NCBI GenBank assembly: GCA_035270825.1
Contig: DATESL010000015.1
Coordinates: 13,529-77,528 of the forward strand
DNA length: 64,000 nt
Direction: 5' to 3'
DNA from: Candidatus Onthovivens sp.
Lineage (GTDB): Bacteria; Bacillota_I; Bacilli_A; RFN20; CAG-826
Positions 62,922 to 64,000 of the stretch are shown here, piece after piece. The notes below the pieces were generated by a model. That model had not been told where the DNA came from and searched no databases. It worked only from the letters and a program-made list of their open reading frames with translations. Every line of letters begins with the position of its first letter. Position 1 is the first letter of the stretch. A program made the position numbers and the translations under genes.

Positions 62922-64000
62922 ATGGCAGACAAAATCGTAAGTGTTGAAGCATTTGAAGAAGTAGATCTTTTAGTCAAAAAAGGACATGAAGCTCTTGCAA
63001 AATTCTTAGAATTAACACAAGAACAAATTGATTTCATTGTTGCTAAAGCATCCGTTGCTGGCCTTGATGCCCATGGACGTTTAGCTGAACTTGCAATCAA
63101 TGAAACAAAAAGAGGTGTATTTGAAGATAAAGCAACTAAAAACTTATTTGCTTGTGAACATGTTGTCAATAACATGAGACATTTAAAAACTGTTGGGATT
63201 ATTTCTGATGATCCTGTTACAGGAATCACAGAAATTGCAGAACCTGTTGGTGTAATTTGTGGAATTACTCCAGTTACCAATCCAACAAGTACAACAATTT
63301 TCAAATCTTTAATTTCATTAAAGACAAGAAACCCAATTATTTTTGCATTCCATCCAAGCGCACAAAACTGTTCGGTGGCTGCTGCTAAAGTAATTTATGA
63401 GGCAGCTCTTGCTGCTGGTGCTCCAAAAGATTGTATTCAATGGATTTCAAAACCATCAATGGATGGAACAACTTCCTTAATGAATCATACCGGGATTGCA
63501 ACAATTTTAGCAACTGGTGGTAACGCCATGGTTAAGGCAGCTTATAGCTGTGGAAAACCTGCAATGGGAGTTGGAGCAGGTAACGTTCCAGCCTTTATTG
63601 CTAAAGATGCTAATGTTGATCAAGCAGTTAATGACATTGTTTTATCAAAAGCATTTGATAATGGAATGATCTGTGCTTCTGAACAAAACTGTATTATTGC
63701 TAAAGAAGTGTATGATGAAGCCATTACTAAATTTAAAAGATTTAAAACATACTTTGCTTCTAAAGAAGAAAAAATCTTATTAGAAAAATATCTCTTTGGA
63801 GTTACTTCTAAAGATAAAAACGTTGAAAGTGCAAAATTAAATCCTAATGTTGTTGGTAAATCCTGCTTTGAAATTGCTAGCCAAGCTGGTTTTAAAGTCC
63901 CAGAAGAAACTCAAGTTATTGGTGCTATTGTTACTGAAATCGGACCAAAAGAACCATTAACTAGAGAAAAATTATCACCAGTTTTAGCTTTTGTTAAAGC
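62922..64000 (+). CDS. adhE: Bifunctional aldehyde/alcohol dehydrogenase AdhE (3' end outside window)
   Basis: Not in the ORF track. Hand translation gives MADKIVSVEAFEEVDLLVKKGHEALAKFLELTQEQIDFIVAKASVAGLDAHGRLAELAINETKRGVFEDKATKN...PVGVICGITPVTNPTSTTIFKSLISLKTRNPIIFAFHP, the AdhE N-terminal ALDH domain. AAGGAG SD upstream. The frame is open to nt 64000. Confidence 0.9.
   Translation, partial: MADKIVSVEAFEEVDLLVKKGHEALAKFLELTQEQIDFIVAKASVAGLDAHGRLAELAINETKRGVFEDKATKNLFACEHVVNNMRHLKTVGIISDDPVTGITEIAEPVGVICGITPVTNPTSTTIFKSLISLKTRNPIIFAFHPSAQNCSVAAAKVIYEAALAAGAPKDCIQWISKPSMDGTTSLMNHTGIATILATGGNAMVKAAYSCGKPAMGVGAGNVPAFIAKDANVDQAVNDIVLSKAFDNGMICASEQNCIIAKEVYDEAITKFKRFKTYFASKEEKILLEKYLFGVTSKDKNVESAKLNPNVVGKSCFEIASQAGFKVPEETQVIGAIVTEIGPKEPLTREKLSPVLAFVK

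Noticed and set aside
62891-63304. 137-aa minus-strand ORF
   Set aside because: It is antisense to the AdhE coding frame, has no SD, and its composition is typical of a shadow ORF.
1-64000. Mobile elements, prophage genes, CRISPR arrays, toxin-antitoxin or recognised defence systems; alternative genetic code 4
   Set aside because: No transposase, integrase or recombinase signatures, regularly spaced repeats or terminal inverted repeats were seen. TGA terminates several well-supported genes (for example 12097-12099 and 27334-27336) and Trp is encoded by TGG. The standard code therefore applies.

Overview
Low-GC (about 30 % by eye) chromosomal segment from a Firmicutes/Mollicutes-like bacterium, possibly Acholeplasma- or Erysipelotrichia-type. 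It uses the standard genetic code: TGA acts as a stop at several gene ends and Trp is TGG. All family assignments come from motifs and remembered homologues; no database search was run. The window is densely packed, mostly housekeeping DNA with strong Bacillus-like synteny.

Gene content, in order:
- A partial DUF2156-GNAT gene, then macro-domain, GH2 and NUDIX genes.
- A yybP-ykoY (Mn2+) riboswitch in front of a P-type ATPase.
- A heterodimeric ABC exporter.
- A flippase-like/GT4 glycolipid pair, then recX, yhaM and hit.
- Two large lipoproteins.
- An unbroken sufCDSUB-mnmG-rsmG-parA-parB-ECF-S string.
- An unlisted ferredoxin.
- cmk, der and hup, a 207-aa CCA-enzyme-like protein, dnaD, nth, recU and gpsB.
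- RNase P RNA, then pgsA, cinA, recA, rny, ymdB, miaB, a ymcA-like gene and miaA.
- csp, ychF, ispF, gltX, rpoE, fba, an IMPase-family gene and an Nfu-like gene.
- Five tRNAs (Val-Tyr-Gln-Lys-Leu).
- pgi, an S1-domain gene, an ispD-like gene and a HAD gene.
- A LemA-like gene, pepF, guaD and rex, with adhE running off the 3' edge.

I saw no mobile elements, CRISPR arrays, rRNA or recognisable defence systems.

The least conventional locus is 43.1-49.0 kb. It holds an orphan response regulator whose phospho-acceptor Asp is Glu, a stand-alone 44-codon ORF, and two tandem ATPase-FtsX fusion transporters with large ectodomains. No kinase is nearby.

Other points worth a second look:
- A ParB with all CTP-pocket boxes degenerate.
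- A head-and-neck-only CCA-enzyme homologue.
- Several apparently leaderless genes.
- Missing ponA and mutSL at conserved positions.
- Several operator-like palindromes.
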